The notes under the pieces: generated by a model | Told to the model about the DNA's origin: nothing | Seen by the model: only the letters and a program-made list of their open reading frames with translations | The model's database searches: none | Translations under genes and position numbers: made by a program | Shown here: piece after piece, positions 35,727 to 44,770 of the stretch | Numbering within the stretch: position 1 is the first letter of the stretch | How the letters are laid out: every line of letters starts with the position of its first letter | Assembly: GCA_963809665.1 (NCBI GenBank) | Contig: CAWEKC010000005.1 | Location: forward strand, 104,392-168,391 | Direction of reading: 5' to 3' | DNA from: Candidatus Gottesmanbacteria bacterium | GTDB taxonomy: Bacteria; Patescibacteriota; Microgenomatia; UBA10105; UBA927 | Length of the DNA stretch: 64,000 bases

Positions 35727-36863
35727 ACGTATTTATAACCGGGGCAGCAACAACAAAATTCGGGGAGTTGTGGGCAACGTCACCCCGCCGGCTGGCGGGT
35801 GAGGCTGTCGGCAACGCACTGAAAGATGCCGGCATTGGTATCCGGCGGGTTCATGCACTATTCGTCGGAAACATGTTATCCGGTATTCTTGCCGGACAGG
35901 AGCATTTAGGTGCGTTTTTCGCCGAAGAATTAGGCCTTACCGTTCCCGCTTTTAAAGTAGAAGGCGCATGTGCATCCGGAGGCCTTGCGCTACATAACGC
36001 GGTAAACAGCGTCCTGTCAGGCCAATATGATACCGTGGTTGTTCTTGGGGTGGAGAAAATGACGGACCATAAACCGGAAGATGTCGCCACAGCCCTCATG
36101 GGTGCGGGATCGGAAGAAGAACGGGTGGCAGGTGCAACCTTCCCGGGTTTATATGCAATTCTCGCACGTGCGCACATGATGGAATACGGGACGACCCGGG
36201 AGCAGCTTGCCGCGGTTGCCGTCAAAAATCATTATCATGCATCCTTAAACCCAAACGCGCAATTTCACACAACCATTACCATTGAACAGGTTGCACAGAA
36301 GCCCACGTATTGCCGACCCTTTACGGCTTCTGGATTGTTCGCCCATTTCAGACGGCGCATCAGCAGTTGTGGTAAGTAATAAGAAATCGTCACACGGTAT
36401 TACTATTGCAGCAAGCACTGTCGCGACGGATTCATTGGGACTTGCGAAGCGAGCATCTTTAACACAACTTGCTGCAACCAAGGAATCAGGAAAACGCGCA
36501 TACACTAAGGCTGCCATTTCACCTGAGGATGTTGATGTTGCGGAGGTCCATGATTGTTTTACGATTGCCGAAATACTTGCGATGGAAGATTTGGGTTTCT
36601 ATGCAAAAGGAAAAGCCACCGCCGCGATTATGGCCGGCGAAACGCAGTTGGGGAAATCCCACCATTTGGTTGTTAATCCATCCGGTGGGCTTAAAGGATG
36701 CGGGCATCCGGTAGGAGCCACAGGGATTAAACAAGTGGTGGAACTAGTGGAGCAGTTGCGGGGGAGGGCCGGAGTACGTCAAGTAAAACAAGCGAAGATT
36801 GGTTTAGCACATAATGTGGGAGGTTCAGGAGCAACCGCCGTTGTGCATATTTTAAAAAAATGA
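35723..36863 (+). pseudogene. acetoacetyl-CoA thiolase (archaeal-type thiolase partner of HMGCS) interrupted by a single-nucleotide frameshift near 36298-36300
   Basis: ORF 35723..36379 (..KVEGACASGGLALHNA..) and ORF 36282..36863 (..IADPLRLLDCSPISDGASAVVV..) are in frames +2 and +0; deleting one a from cagaagccc restores the contiguous thiolase sequence EQVAQSPRIADPLRLLDCSP. Confidence 0.7.
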
Positions 36864-37165
36864 ATACGCAGAGTCCGGTAAAAATTTGGAGAAACCAGAA
36901 ATATATCGCGGGCATGCTCGGGCGTGAGGGCACTATTGTTTCCTGGACGGTCGTCCGCGTGCCGCCCGGCGGGTTTTCGAGCCTTGCCCCGTATCCGGTT
37001 GTTGTTGTTGACATAGGAGGAGACGGAAGAATTATCGCTCAACTGGTTGACTGGACTGAAAATGATTTAGCTGCCGGGCGAAAAGTCCGGGTTGTGGTAC
37101 GGCGCATATCCGAGCCCACAACCGAGGGTGTTATCCCGTACGGGATTAAAGTGAAACCCGTTTAA
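36860..37165 (+). CDS. DUF35 OB-fold protein, the scaffold subunit of the archaeal thiolase/HMGCS complex
   Basis: 101-aa ORF with an ATGA overlap with the thiolase stop; ...EGTIVSWTVVRVPPGGF...PYPVVVVDIGGDGRIIAQLVD is a DUF35-type OB fold. Confidence 0.65.
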   Translation: MNTQSPVKIWRNQKYIAGMLGREGTIVSWTVVRVPPGGFSSLAPYPVVVVDIGGDGRIIAQLVDWTENDLAAGRKVRVVVRRISEPTTEGVIPYGIKVKPV

Positions 37166-37175
37166 TGGTTTATAT

Positions 37176-38087
37176 ATGAAAATTACAGTATCGGTTCCCG
37201 GAAAAATATATTTGATGGGCGAGCATGCGGTGGTGTACGGAAGACCGGCTCTGCTTTCTGCAATAAACCTCCGTTTATCCGTTTCCGTTGAGCCGGCAAA
37301 ATCTCTGAAAATTATCTCAACGGAGTCTTCCGATTATGTACGCCATGCCGCGGAGTTTGTATCGAAAGAATACGACCTGCAGAAACCGCTAAACGTCAAA
37401 ATTACCGTCACATCGGATATTCCTGCGGGGTATCATCTGGGCTCATCAGCCGCGGTAGCGGTCGCGGTGGTCGGCGCACTGACGTATTATCTGAAAAAAG
37501 TCTGGAATCCGCAGATCGCGAATCAATTAGCCTATGAAATCGAGAAAAAACAACACGGAAATCCGTCGGGCGCTGATAACACGATGGTCACCTCGGGAGG
37601 GTTTTTGTGGTATAGAAAAGAGCTTGAGTTTTTACGGAGTTTTTGGCAGTTACCCTTCAAAATGCCCTCCACGTTACACCATTTTTTTCTCATTGATACG
37701 GGACGGCCGAAAGAAAATACGGGGAAGATGGTTGCGCTGGTCCGTGCGGAATATCAAAAGCACGTATCGCGCTACAAAAAATTATTTGATAAAAATGAAG
37801 ATCAGACAAAACGGATTGCCGTTGCGTTAAAAGAAGGGGATGAAAAAGCATTGATTTCGTCCATGAGGTATGGACAGAGGACACTTGAAGAAATGGGAGT
37901 TGTGAGTAAAAAAATTACTCCCCTCATCAGAAAGATAGAACGGGCAGGAGGAGCGGCAAAAATTCTAGGTGGAGGAGGACGGACCGCGGGAGTAGGTTAT
38001 CTATTATGCTATTCCCACCCGCGGCCGGGCGGCGGCATACCGATTACGTTGGGAGAAGAAGGGATACGGTTGGAAAAAAATATATGA
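37176..38087 (+). CDS. mvk: mevalonate kinase (GHMP kinase family)
   Basis: VSVPGKIYLMGEHAVVYGRPAL and the GHMP motif PAGYHLGSSAAVAVAVVGAL. Confidence 0.7.
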   Translation: MKITVSVPGKIYLMGEHAVVYGRPALLSAINLRLSVSVEPAKSLKIISTESSDYVRHAAEFVSKEYDLQKPLNVKITVTSDIPAGYHLGSSAAVAVAVVGALTYYLKKVWNPQIANQLAYEIEKKQHGNPSGADNTMVTSGGFLWYRKELEFLRSFWQLPFKMPSTLHHFFLIDTGRPKENTGKMVALVRAEYQKHVSRYKKLFDKNEDQTKRIAVALKEGDEKALISSMRYGQRTLEEMGVVSKKITPLIRKIERAGGAAKILGGGGRTAGVGYLLCYSHPRPGGGIPITLGEEGIRLEKNI

Positions 38088-38995
38088 CAATCAGCGCACC
38101 CGGAAAACTCATGCTGTTTGGAGAACACGCCGTCGTGTACGGTCATCCGTGTATTACGACCGCAGTGGACATCCGGCTATCAGTTTCCATTGAGTCTACC
38201 GGTGACGGAAAAATCACGATCAATGCGCCGGAGGTGAAAGACACGCGTTTTGTCGATGCGGCGATTACACTTGCGACTAACGAGTGGCATATTCGGCACA
38301 ACGGATTCCGCCTTTCGACCAAAAGTCCGTTTTCCGGATGCTACGGATTTGGTTCATCTTCAGCCGTGACGGTAGCCACGCTGAAAGCTCTGGCCGGCCT
38401 GGGTAATACAGATATTGATGAGCGGAAACTATTTGATGCTGCCTACAATATAGTCCTGTCCATACAGGGTACCGGGTCGGGATTTGACGTGGCATCAGCG
38501 GTATACGGCGGGACGTTATATTTTTTAAAAGGCGGCAAGGTCATTGATCCGCTTGCGGTGGATGATATGCCGCTGGTTATCGGGTATACCAAAGTAAAAA
38601 GCAATACGGTGGATGTTGTCAAAATGGTGGCAGGTAAACAGGAAAAGTATCCGGAAAAAGTGAACAGGATCTTCTTAGGGATTGCCGAACTCGTGGATCA
38701 GGCGAAGGCAGAGATCCTTGCAGGAGACTGGGAGCGCGTCGGCAGGCTCATGGATTTTGACCAGGAGTATCTGCGCGATCTCGGGGTAAGTTCGGAAAAA
38801 TTAGAGGCACTGATTACCGCAGCCAAAAGCGCGGGGGCATGGGGAGCAAAGCTATCAGGTGCAGGGTGCGGGGACTGTATGATTGCCCTTGCCTCACCGG
38901 ATACGCGGGTAGCGGTAGAAGAGGCCATAACCGGCGCCGGCGGAGAGGTAGTGCGGGTTTCCCCGAATGCAGAAGGGGTAAGGATAGATCCATGA
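38084..38995 (+). CDS. second GHMP-family kinase, probably phosphomevalonate kinase
   Basis: ISAPGKLMLFGEHAVVYGHPCITTAV and GFGSSSAVTVATLKALAGL; ATGA-coupled on both sides. Confidence 0.55.
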   Translation: MTISAPGKLMLFGEHAVVYGHPCITTAVDIRLSVSIESTGDGKITINAPEVKDTRFVDAAITLATNEWHIRHNGFRLSTKSPFSGCYGFGSSSAVTVATLKALAGLGNTDIDERKLFDAAYNIVLSIQGTGSGFDVASAVYGGTLYFLKGGKVIDPLAVDDMPLVIGYTKVKSNTVDVVKMVAGKQEKYPEKVNRIFLGIAELVDQAKAEILAGDWERVGRLMDFDQEYLRDLGVSSEKLEALITAAKSAGAWGAKLSGAGCGDCMIALASPDTRVAVEEAITGAGGEVVRVSPNAEGVRIDP

Positions 38996-39912
38996 AAGCG
39001 ACGGCGAAAGCGCCCGCAAACATCGCATTCATTAAATATTGGGGCAAGAAAAATGCCCGGTTACACCTGCCGTACAATGCCTCCATTTCGATGAACTTAA
39101 GCAAATGTACGACAACAACAACCGTAGAGTTTTCAGAGGATTTCGGAGAAGATGTAGTTTCTACGGGTTTCAATAAGAAAAGAATCATTGCGCATATTGA
39201 CCGGTTGCGGACATTAGCAGGCAACCGGCAAAAAGTACGTGTAACGACAAAAAATTCCTTCCCGACATCTGCCGGTATTGCGTCATCTGCGTCCGGATTT
39301 GCAGCGCTAACGATGGCAGCGGCCTCGGCGTTAGGATTAAAACTTTCCGAAAAGGAATTAACTGGTCTTGCGCGCCTCGGGTCCGGGTCCGCCTGCAGGA
39401 GTATTCCTGACGGATTTGTGAAGTGGGAGGACTCTTTTGCGTATTCGTTATACCCGCCGGAGTATTGGGACATACGGGATATTCTTCTCATTGTCGACAA
39501 GTCACAAAAACACGTGGCTTCTGCCTTGGGGCACGAGGGCGCAACTACAAGCCCGTATTTCGGCATGAGACTGGAGAGGCTGCTCGGTAGGATTGCGCGC
39601 ATAGAAGAAGCATTACGGAGGAAAAATTTTCAGGTATTCGGTGAGGTAACCGAGGAGGATTGCTTAGATATGCACCATGTCATGCAGACGCAGCAACCTC
39701 CGCTTATGTATTGGAATGATGCGACGAGGAAGATTATGAGTGATGTTATTGCCTGGAGAAAACAAGGAATATCCGCATACTTTACGATCGACGCCGGACC
39801 GAATGTACACCTGATTTGTGAAGGAAAAGACGAGAAACGTATTACGGATAAAATTGGAACTACATATCAAATTATTGTAAATAAGCCGGCACGGGGAGCG
39901 CACATTATATGA
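38992..39912 (+). CDS. mvaD: diphosphomevalonate decarboxylase
   Basis: APANIAFIKYWGKKN, NSFPTSAGIASSASGFAALTMAAA and GSGSACRSI. Confidence 0.8.
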   Translation: MKATAKAPANIAFIKYWGKKNARLHLPYNASISMNLSKCTTTTTVEFSEDFGEDVVSTGFNKKRIIAHIDRLRTLAGNRQKVRVTTKNSFPTSAGIASSASGFAALTMAAASALGLKLSEKELTGLARLGSGSACRSIPDGFVKWEDSFAYSLYPPEYWDIRDILLIVDKSQKHVASALGHEGATTSPYFGMRLERLLGRIARIEEALRRKNFQVFGEVTEEDCLDMHHVMQTQQPPLMYWNDATRKIMSDVIAWRKQGISAYFTIDAGPNVHLICEGKDEKRITDKIGTTYQIIVNKPARGAHII

Positions 39913-40580
39913 TTCCAAAACATATTGCCATAATTATGGACGGAAACCGACGGTGGGCCCGGGTGCACAATCTGCCGGTCCTTGAGGGGCACCGGCGCGT
40001 TGCCAATGAGGTGCTGGAAAAATTAGTGGAACACGCAGCGGCGCGCGGCGTGAAGTATCTGACATTTTGGGCGTTTTCCACGGAAAATTGGCATCGTGCA
40101 CCGGACGAGGTGAAAGGAATTATAACGATACTAAAGCAAAGTATCGGATATTTCGGCAAGCGGATGCATAAGAAAGGAGTGCGGTTATTGGCTATCGGAG
40201 ATCTTTCAGGGTTTGACAGCCAATTGCAGCGTTCTATTACGTCCGTAGTAGCGTTAACCCAACACAACAAGAAAATTACCGTCATCATCGCATTGAATTA
40301 CGGCGGAAGGGATGAAATTATCCGTGCGGTTAAGAAAATTACACGCCCTGATATGGTTACGGAAGAGGAAGTCTCGCACCTATTGGACACCCGCGGTATA
40401 CCTGATCCGGAATTACTCATACGGACCGGCGGCGAACAGCGCCTGAGCGGTTTTTTACCGTGGCAGAGTGTGTACAGTGAGCTCTATTTTCCAGCGTGGT
40501 ATATGCCTGATTTTACACCTCTACGATTAGACGAGGCGATTGAAGAGTATGCGCACCGGCATCGAAGATTTGGGAAATAA
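39909..40580 (+). CDS. uppS: undecaprenyl-diphosphate synthase (cis-prenyltransferase)
   Basis: HIAIIMDGNRRWA...LTFWAFSTENWHR...RTGGEQRLSGFLPWQSVYSELYF. Confidence 0.9.
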   Translation: MIPKHIAIIMDGNRRWARVHNLPVLEGHRRVANEVLEKLVEHAAARGVKYLTFWAFSTENWHRAPDEVKGIITILKQSIGYFGKRMHKKGVRLLAIGDLSGFDSQLQRSITSVVALTQHNKKITVIIALNYGGRDEIIRAVKKITRPDMVTEEEVSHLLDTRGIPDPELLIRTGGEQRLSGFLPWQSVYSELYFPAWYMPDFTPLRLDEAIEEYAHRHRRFGK

Positions 40581-40583
40581 TTA

Positions 40584-40934
40584 CTAAGGGACTCTGGGAA
40601 AGACACTGTTTATGGATTCAAGCCCGAAGATGGTGCCGACAAGCTGGACAATCCAGTATGCGGCAAACACGATGAAAAACCCCACGATTGCATTTGTGAG
40701 CTGCTGTTTTCCCTGTTGCATTTTTTTTGCATCACCCGCGCTGGTTAAAAACGTATAGCCGGCGGAAATCAGCATGAGGAGTAATCCCAGTCCTGCAAAC
40801 GCCATTACTAAAGGAACTGCAGTAGAGAGAATGGCGCCGATGGTCGGGTTGGGTCCAGCTCCAGGAATATTGAGTGGGCCTTTTAGAGTGTTGCCGCCCG
40901 GCAGAGTTAAATTTTGTGCCAATAGGTTGTGCAT
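40584..40934 (-). CDS. TrbC/VirB2-like pilin family protein (seventh paralog, outside the main array)
   Basis: ...LTSAGDAKKMQQGKQQLTNAIVGFFIVFAA has the same motif as the six-gene array. Confidence 0.5.
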   Translation of the reverse strand: MHNLLAQNLTLPGGNTLKGPLNIPGAGPNPTIGAILSTAVPLVMAFAGLGLLLMLISAGYTFLTSAGDAKKMQQGKQQLTNAIVGFFIVFAAYWIVQLVGTIFGLESINSVFPRVP

Positions 40935-40938
40935 ACTA

Positions 40939-42120
40939 TTATAAAAACCCAGGAATACCGAGGATAGTTACCCCGATAAGCCGCAATATAAATATTGAAA
41001 AGATTATAATGAGCAATCCCGTGATGGCGCTGGTGACCAGTTCTTTTCCGGCATTGAGTCTTTCCGGGTTTCCGCCGCTCATGAGTATCTGGAACCCACC
41101 GAAGAGAATGAGGAGAAACGCAATCCCGCCGCCGATACCCACCCCGATCCCGATAACTTGCCCAATGAAGGTGGCCGGATCAGTCGGGATGCATCCAAAA
41201 GCTGTCCACGCATGTAGCCCATCGGCCATGCACGCGTGACACGTATCAACGTTGGTTCCGGCAAATTCACAGACTTTGGTTGCTTGGTCAGAACTCGATT
41301 TTTTTACACAGCACCCGCTCGCCAGACATAGACCGATATCCCAGGCTTCATCCGGCAGTTTCTGATTGCAGTCTTGATTAGTCGTACAGACTCCTCTTCG
41401 ACCGTCACTTGTTTTGCAGGTTTGACCGAGGGTTGGCCTCTTTGTTTCCGGTGATCCAGGTCTGGCTGCGCAGCAGCCGGGTATTGCTGTAAGTTTATAC
41501 ACATCCATACATTGGTCAGGATCTGGATTAAAATTAATATTTGAATTATCTTTATTACACTCGGTAAAGAGTGAACATAACCCCGGCCAGCTTTCCGTCT
41601 TACTTATTATGAGCGTGCAGGTTTTTTGTCCTGTTGTGACGGGTTTTGTTGCGCAGCAGCCGCCTGCCTTACATGTTTTCCTGTCCCACACCCCATTATC
41701 CTGAAAGTCAATAACTAAGCAGTTAAACGTGTCTGTACAGATACCCGGCCATGTGTTTCCGGCGGTACATTTCTCACCAATGCCAGGCAACGCAGCATCG
41801 GGTGTTCCCGGTTTGATTCCGCAACAGCCGACGGGGTATCCCTTATCCGGATTCTCATCAGGCATGCATGTTGTGACTGCCGAATCCCATTTTCTATTGC
41901 CGCTTGATACGATACAATCCTGTTTTATTACACACTGTCCTGACCAGGCAGGGTCGTTGATGGTGGTACAAGGATCCCCAACGTGTTCATATTTTTGACC
42001 TGGTCCATACGGATCGGCTGCATGTGCTTTTGTCGCGAGCATTCCAAAAATTCCGGTGGCTAAAATGAAGAATAAGGAGGTCAGAATAACCTTTTTAAGC
42101 ATACGATATAAGTGTATCAA
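40939..42120 (-). CDS. secreted Cys-rich protein (~33 Cys) with a C-terminal TrbC/VirB2-like pilin domain; putative pilus-associated adhesin or minor pilin
   Basis: Signal peptide MIHLYRMLKKVILTSLFFILATGIFGMLATKAHA; recurring motifs such as GCCxxKP/GCCA; C-terminus GGFQILMSGGNPERLNAGKELVTSAITGLLIIIFS matches the pilin motif. Confidence 0.5.
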   Translation of the reverse strand: MIHLYRMLKKVILTSLFFILATGIFGMLATKAHAADPYGPGQKYEHVGDPCTTINDPAWSGQCVIKQDCIVSSGNRKWDSAVTTCMPDENPDKGYPVGCCGIKPGTPDAALPGIGEKCTAGNTWPGICTDTFNCLVIDFQDNGVWDRKTCKAGGCCATKPVTTGQKTCTLIISKTESWPGLCSLFTECNKDNSNINFNPDPDQCMDVYKLTAIPGCCAARPGSPETKRPTLGQTCKTSDGRRGVCTTNQDCNQKLPDEAWDIGLCLASGCCVKKSSSDQATKVCEFAGTNVDTCHACMADGLHAWTAFGCIPTDPATFIGQVIGIGVGIGGGIAFLLILFGGFQILMSGGNPERLNAGKELVTSAITGLLIIIFSIFILRLIGVTILGIPGFL

Positions 42121-43863
42121 ACATTTTTGTTAAACGCACGTGGTAAAATAGGAAGAATGAGAAAAATACTCCTCATATGCATGCTTCTTGCCGTATATTT
42201 TTTAACAGCCCCCCTGGTGTTTGCGCAGGAGTGTGATGCATCCAATATTTCTTCGATGAACTTGTCGGCACTTTCGGATATGGGCAACAAATGTCAGGAA
42301 GCGCTCAACAATCTTCAGAATGCGCTCAAGCCTAATGTTGACCAGCTCAACAAGATGAACGCAGCGATTGCCGCATTTGAGGCGCGCATCAAAACCATCG
42401 AAGCAGACGTGGCAGTAAAAACGCAGGAGATTGCCGTCGGCGAGCAGGAACTGGAGGCATCATTGACGCTGGCCAGTGAACGGATACGGCAGTTTTACAT
42501 GCGCAGTTATTCACTCAACCCTATGTATTTACTGCTTTCTTCCACAAATATCGGTTCGGTACTGCGGACGCTCGGGTATCAGCAGGCGGCAGTCAATGAG
42601 GATAAGAAAATCATTACCCAGACCGCCCTCACGGTGAAGGATCTCGAGGATAAAAAAAAGGCGCTGGAGGATGAGAAAACCACACTCGCCGCACTGAAAG
42701 CAGATACGGACAAAAGAGCAGAATCCGTCCGTAAACTTGTTGCAGAAGCGACCGCATACGAGAATAAATTACAGGGTGTTATATCTGCCGTGACGGCCGC
42801 CCAGCAGGCAATTCTGAATGCCCGCGGCGGCACGTTTACCACCAGTCTCGGTGACGTTCCTCTTGCGGATGATCCCAATGCGGCACCGAATTACAATCCG
42901 GGATTTTCCCCCGCGTTCGCCGGTTTTTCTTTCGGTGCGTATACGCACAAGAAAGGAATGAGCCAGTACGGCGCTAAAGGCAGGGCCCAACAGGGACAAA
43001 ACGCCAACCAGATTTTGCAGGCGTATTACGGGAAAACCCCCGTCAATAAGGATACCGGGGGAGACATCAGTGTTTCGGGGTTCGGTAACATGAATTTTGA
43101 GGACAGATATCTTATGGGTATTGCAGAAATGCCGTCAAGTTTTCCGAAAGAAGCGCTCAGGGCACAAGCTGTTGCGGCCAGAACATATGCATATCGTTAT
43201 AAAACACAGGGACAAACAATTTGTACGACACAAGCATGTCAGGTATTTTCCAGCTCAAAAGCGGATAATCCTCCGGGTGAGTGGAAAGATGCGGTTCAGA
43301 GTACGCGGGGACAGGTGATTGAGGATGTTGTGACGTATTATTCTTCAACAACAGGCGGGTATTTACTTACAATGGGATGGGATACAACGTGCGGCGGACA
43401 GGGGTGCTGGACCAGCGGCGCGTATGAAAGCATTGCCGGTTCCCCCTGGTTTTATAAAGGATGGTATACGTCGGATTACTACAACGATTCCGCCAAGTGC
43501 GGAAAAAGCAGCCCGTGGCTGACCCAGGAAGAATTCGCGGATATTTTGAACGCATGGCGTGTACTCAATAGCGGCGGCGATGCATCGCGCGTGTTGCCCA
43601 TAACATTGAATAGTTGCTCGATTTCCGGAGCTACCGGAAATCCATTTTCTATGGCAGAGATGCGCGCTGAAGCCGACGGGCACGGAGGTGCGTTCACAAG
43701 CGTTTCTTCTGTATCGGTCACCTATAGTACGGAGGGATATACCAATGCGGTTATAGTGAACGGCCAATCGATTCCGGGGGATCAATTTAAACAGGCATTT
43801 AATTTACGTGCCCCCGGCTATATTTCAATCAGGAGTTCTCTTTATAATATCGAGAAAAAATAG
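42112..43863 (+). CDS. secreted coiled-coil protein with a C-terminal SpoIID/LytB-like domain
   Basis: Signal peptide, ~230 aa of heptad coiled coil, then ...SQYGAKGRA...ALRAQAVAARTYAYRYK, a SpoIID-like motif. Confidence 0.5.
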   Translation: MYQTFLLNARGKIGRMRKILLICMLLAVYFLTAPLVFAQECDASNISSMNLSALSDMGNKCQEALNNLQNALKPNVDQLNKMNAAIAAFEARIKTIEADVAVKTQEIAVGEQELEASLTLASERIRQFYMRSYSLNPMYLLLSSTNIGSVLRTLGYQQAAVNEDKKIITQTALTVKDLEDKKKALEDEKTTLAALKADTDKRAESVRKLVAEATAYENKLQGVISAVTAAQQAILNARGGTFTTSLGDVPLADDPNAAPNYNPGFSPAFAGFSFGAYTHKKGMSQYGAKGRAQQGQNANQILQAYYGKTPVNKDTGGDISVSGFGNMNFEDRYLMGIAEMPSSFPKEALRAQAVAARTYAYRYKTQGQTICTTQACQVFSSSKADNPPGEWKDAVQSTRGQVIEDVVTYYSSTTGGYLLTMGWDTTCGGQGCWTSGAYESIAGSPWFYKGWYTSDYYNDSAKCGKSSPWLTQEEFADILNAWRVLNSGGDASRVLPITLNSCSISGATGNPFSMAEMRAEADGHGGAFTSVSSVSVTYSTEGYTNAVIVNGQSIPGDQFKQAFNLRAPGYISIRSSLYNIEKK

Positions 43864-43875
43864 TACACTAGTGCT

Positions 43876-44514
43876 GTGCCGACTATATTTGCATCACCGG
43901 ATAAAAGCGCTCCAAAAGACAGATACTTCTCCCCATCGAAGCTACCGTCCACCGTGATGAATCCACTGACTGCTTTTGCCGTTAACCCCGCGCATCTGCG
44001 GTTTGAAACCCAGGAAGATACGGAAAAAGTCATCCTTTTTTTACGGCAGCATTTCATCGTCAACGTGCCGTGGATTGTATTAACCGTACTTCTTTTGATT
44101 TCACCAACCGTTATTTTCCCCATATTATTCCGCGCATTGAGCCTGAATATGTCACTACCCGCCTCCTATTATGTCGTTGGCGCCATGTTTTGGTACCTCG
44201 CGACATTCGGGTTTGCTCTTTCCAGTTTCATCGGGTGGTTTTTTAACATATACATCGTGACGAATGAACGGATCATTGATATCGATTTTTTTTATTTATT
44301 GTATAAAAAGTTTTCGCAGGCGGAATTGATAAAAATTCAGGATATTAATTACACCAGTGGCGGAATTTTGGCAGCGATGCTTAATTTCGGGAATGTCGTT
44401 GTTGAGACCGCGGGAGAAGCTCCCAATATTGACTTTGAACTTATCCCGTTCCCTGAAAAAGTCGTGGAAACCATCCGCGGGCTTACAGATAAAGAGACTG
44501 GAGGATCCGTATGA
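43876..44514 (+). CDS. membrane protein with a bacterial PH (bPH_2/YdbS-like) domain
   Basis: Two TM helices followed by ...VTNERIIDIDFFYL...FGNVVVETAG. Confidence 0.4.
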   Translation: MPTIFASPDKSAPKDRYFSPSKLPSTVMNPLTAFAVNPAHLRFETQEDTEKVILFLRQHFIVNVPWIVLTVLLLISPTVIFPILFRALSLNMSLPASYYVVGAMFWYLATFGFALSSFIGWFFNIYIVTNERIIDIDFFYLLYKKFSQAELIKIQDINYTSGGILAAMLNFGNVVVETAGEAPNIDFELIPFPEKVVETIRGLTDKETGGSV

Positions 44515-44732
44515 CGCCGCTTGCAGTTCCGTCGTACGTTCTCATGACCCTGAAGATTTTCAGTATAGTAGGGCTTCTTCTCTATGCAGTTTTTGCCGGC
44601 GTACTTGTGCGCCAGGAACAGCTGATGGCGCATGTCCTGGAAGAACAGTTTCAACCGATCATCCGCGCGCTGGTGGTCGTTCACCTCGGGGCAACTCTCA
44701 TCGTTCTTCTGATGGCAATTATTGTTTTGTAA
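44511..44732 (+). CDS. small two-TM membrane protein, ATGA-coupled to the upstream gene
   Basis: 73-aa hydrophobic ORF. Confidence 0.4.
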   Translation: MTPLAVPSYVLMTLKIFSIVGLLLYAVFAGVLVRQEQLMAHVLEEQFQPIIRALVVVHLGATLIVLLMAIIVL

Positions 44733-44770
44733 TAATTCTCCCTTCCGCCCCGTCGTGCTAAGATAAAGAT

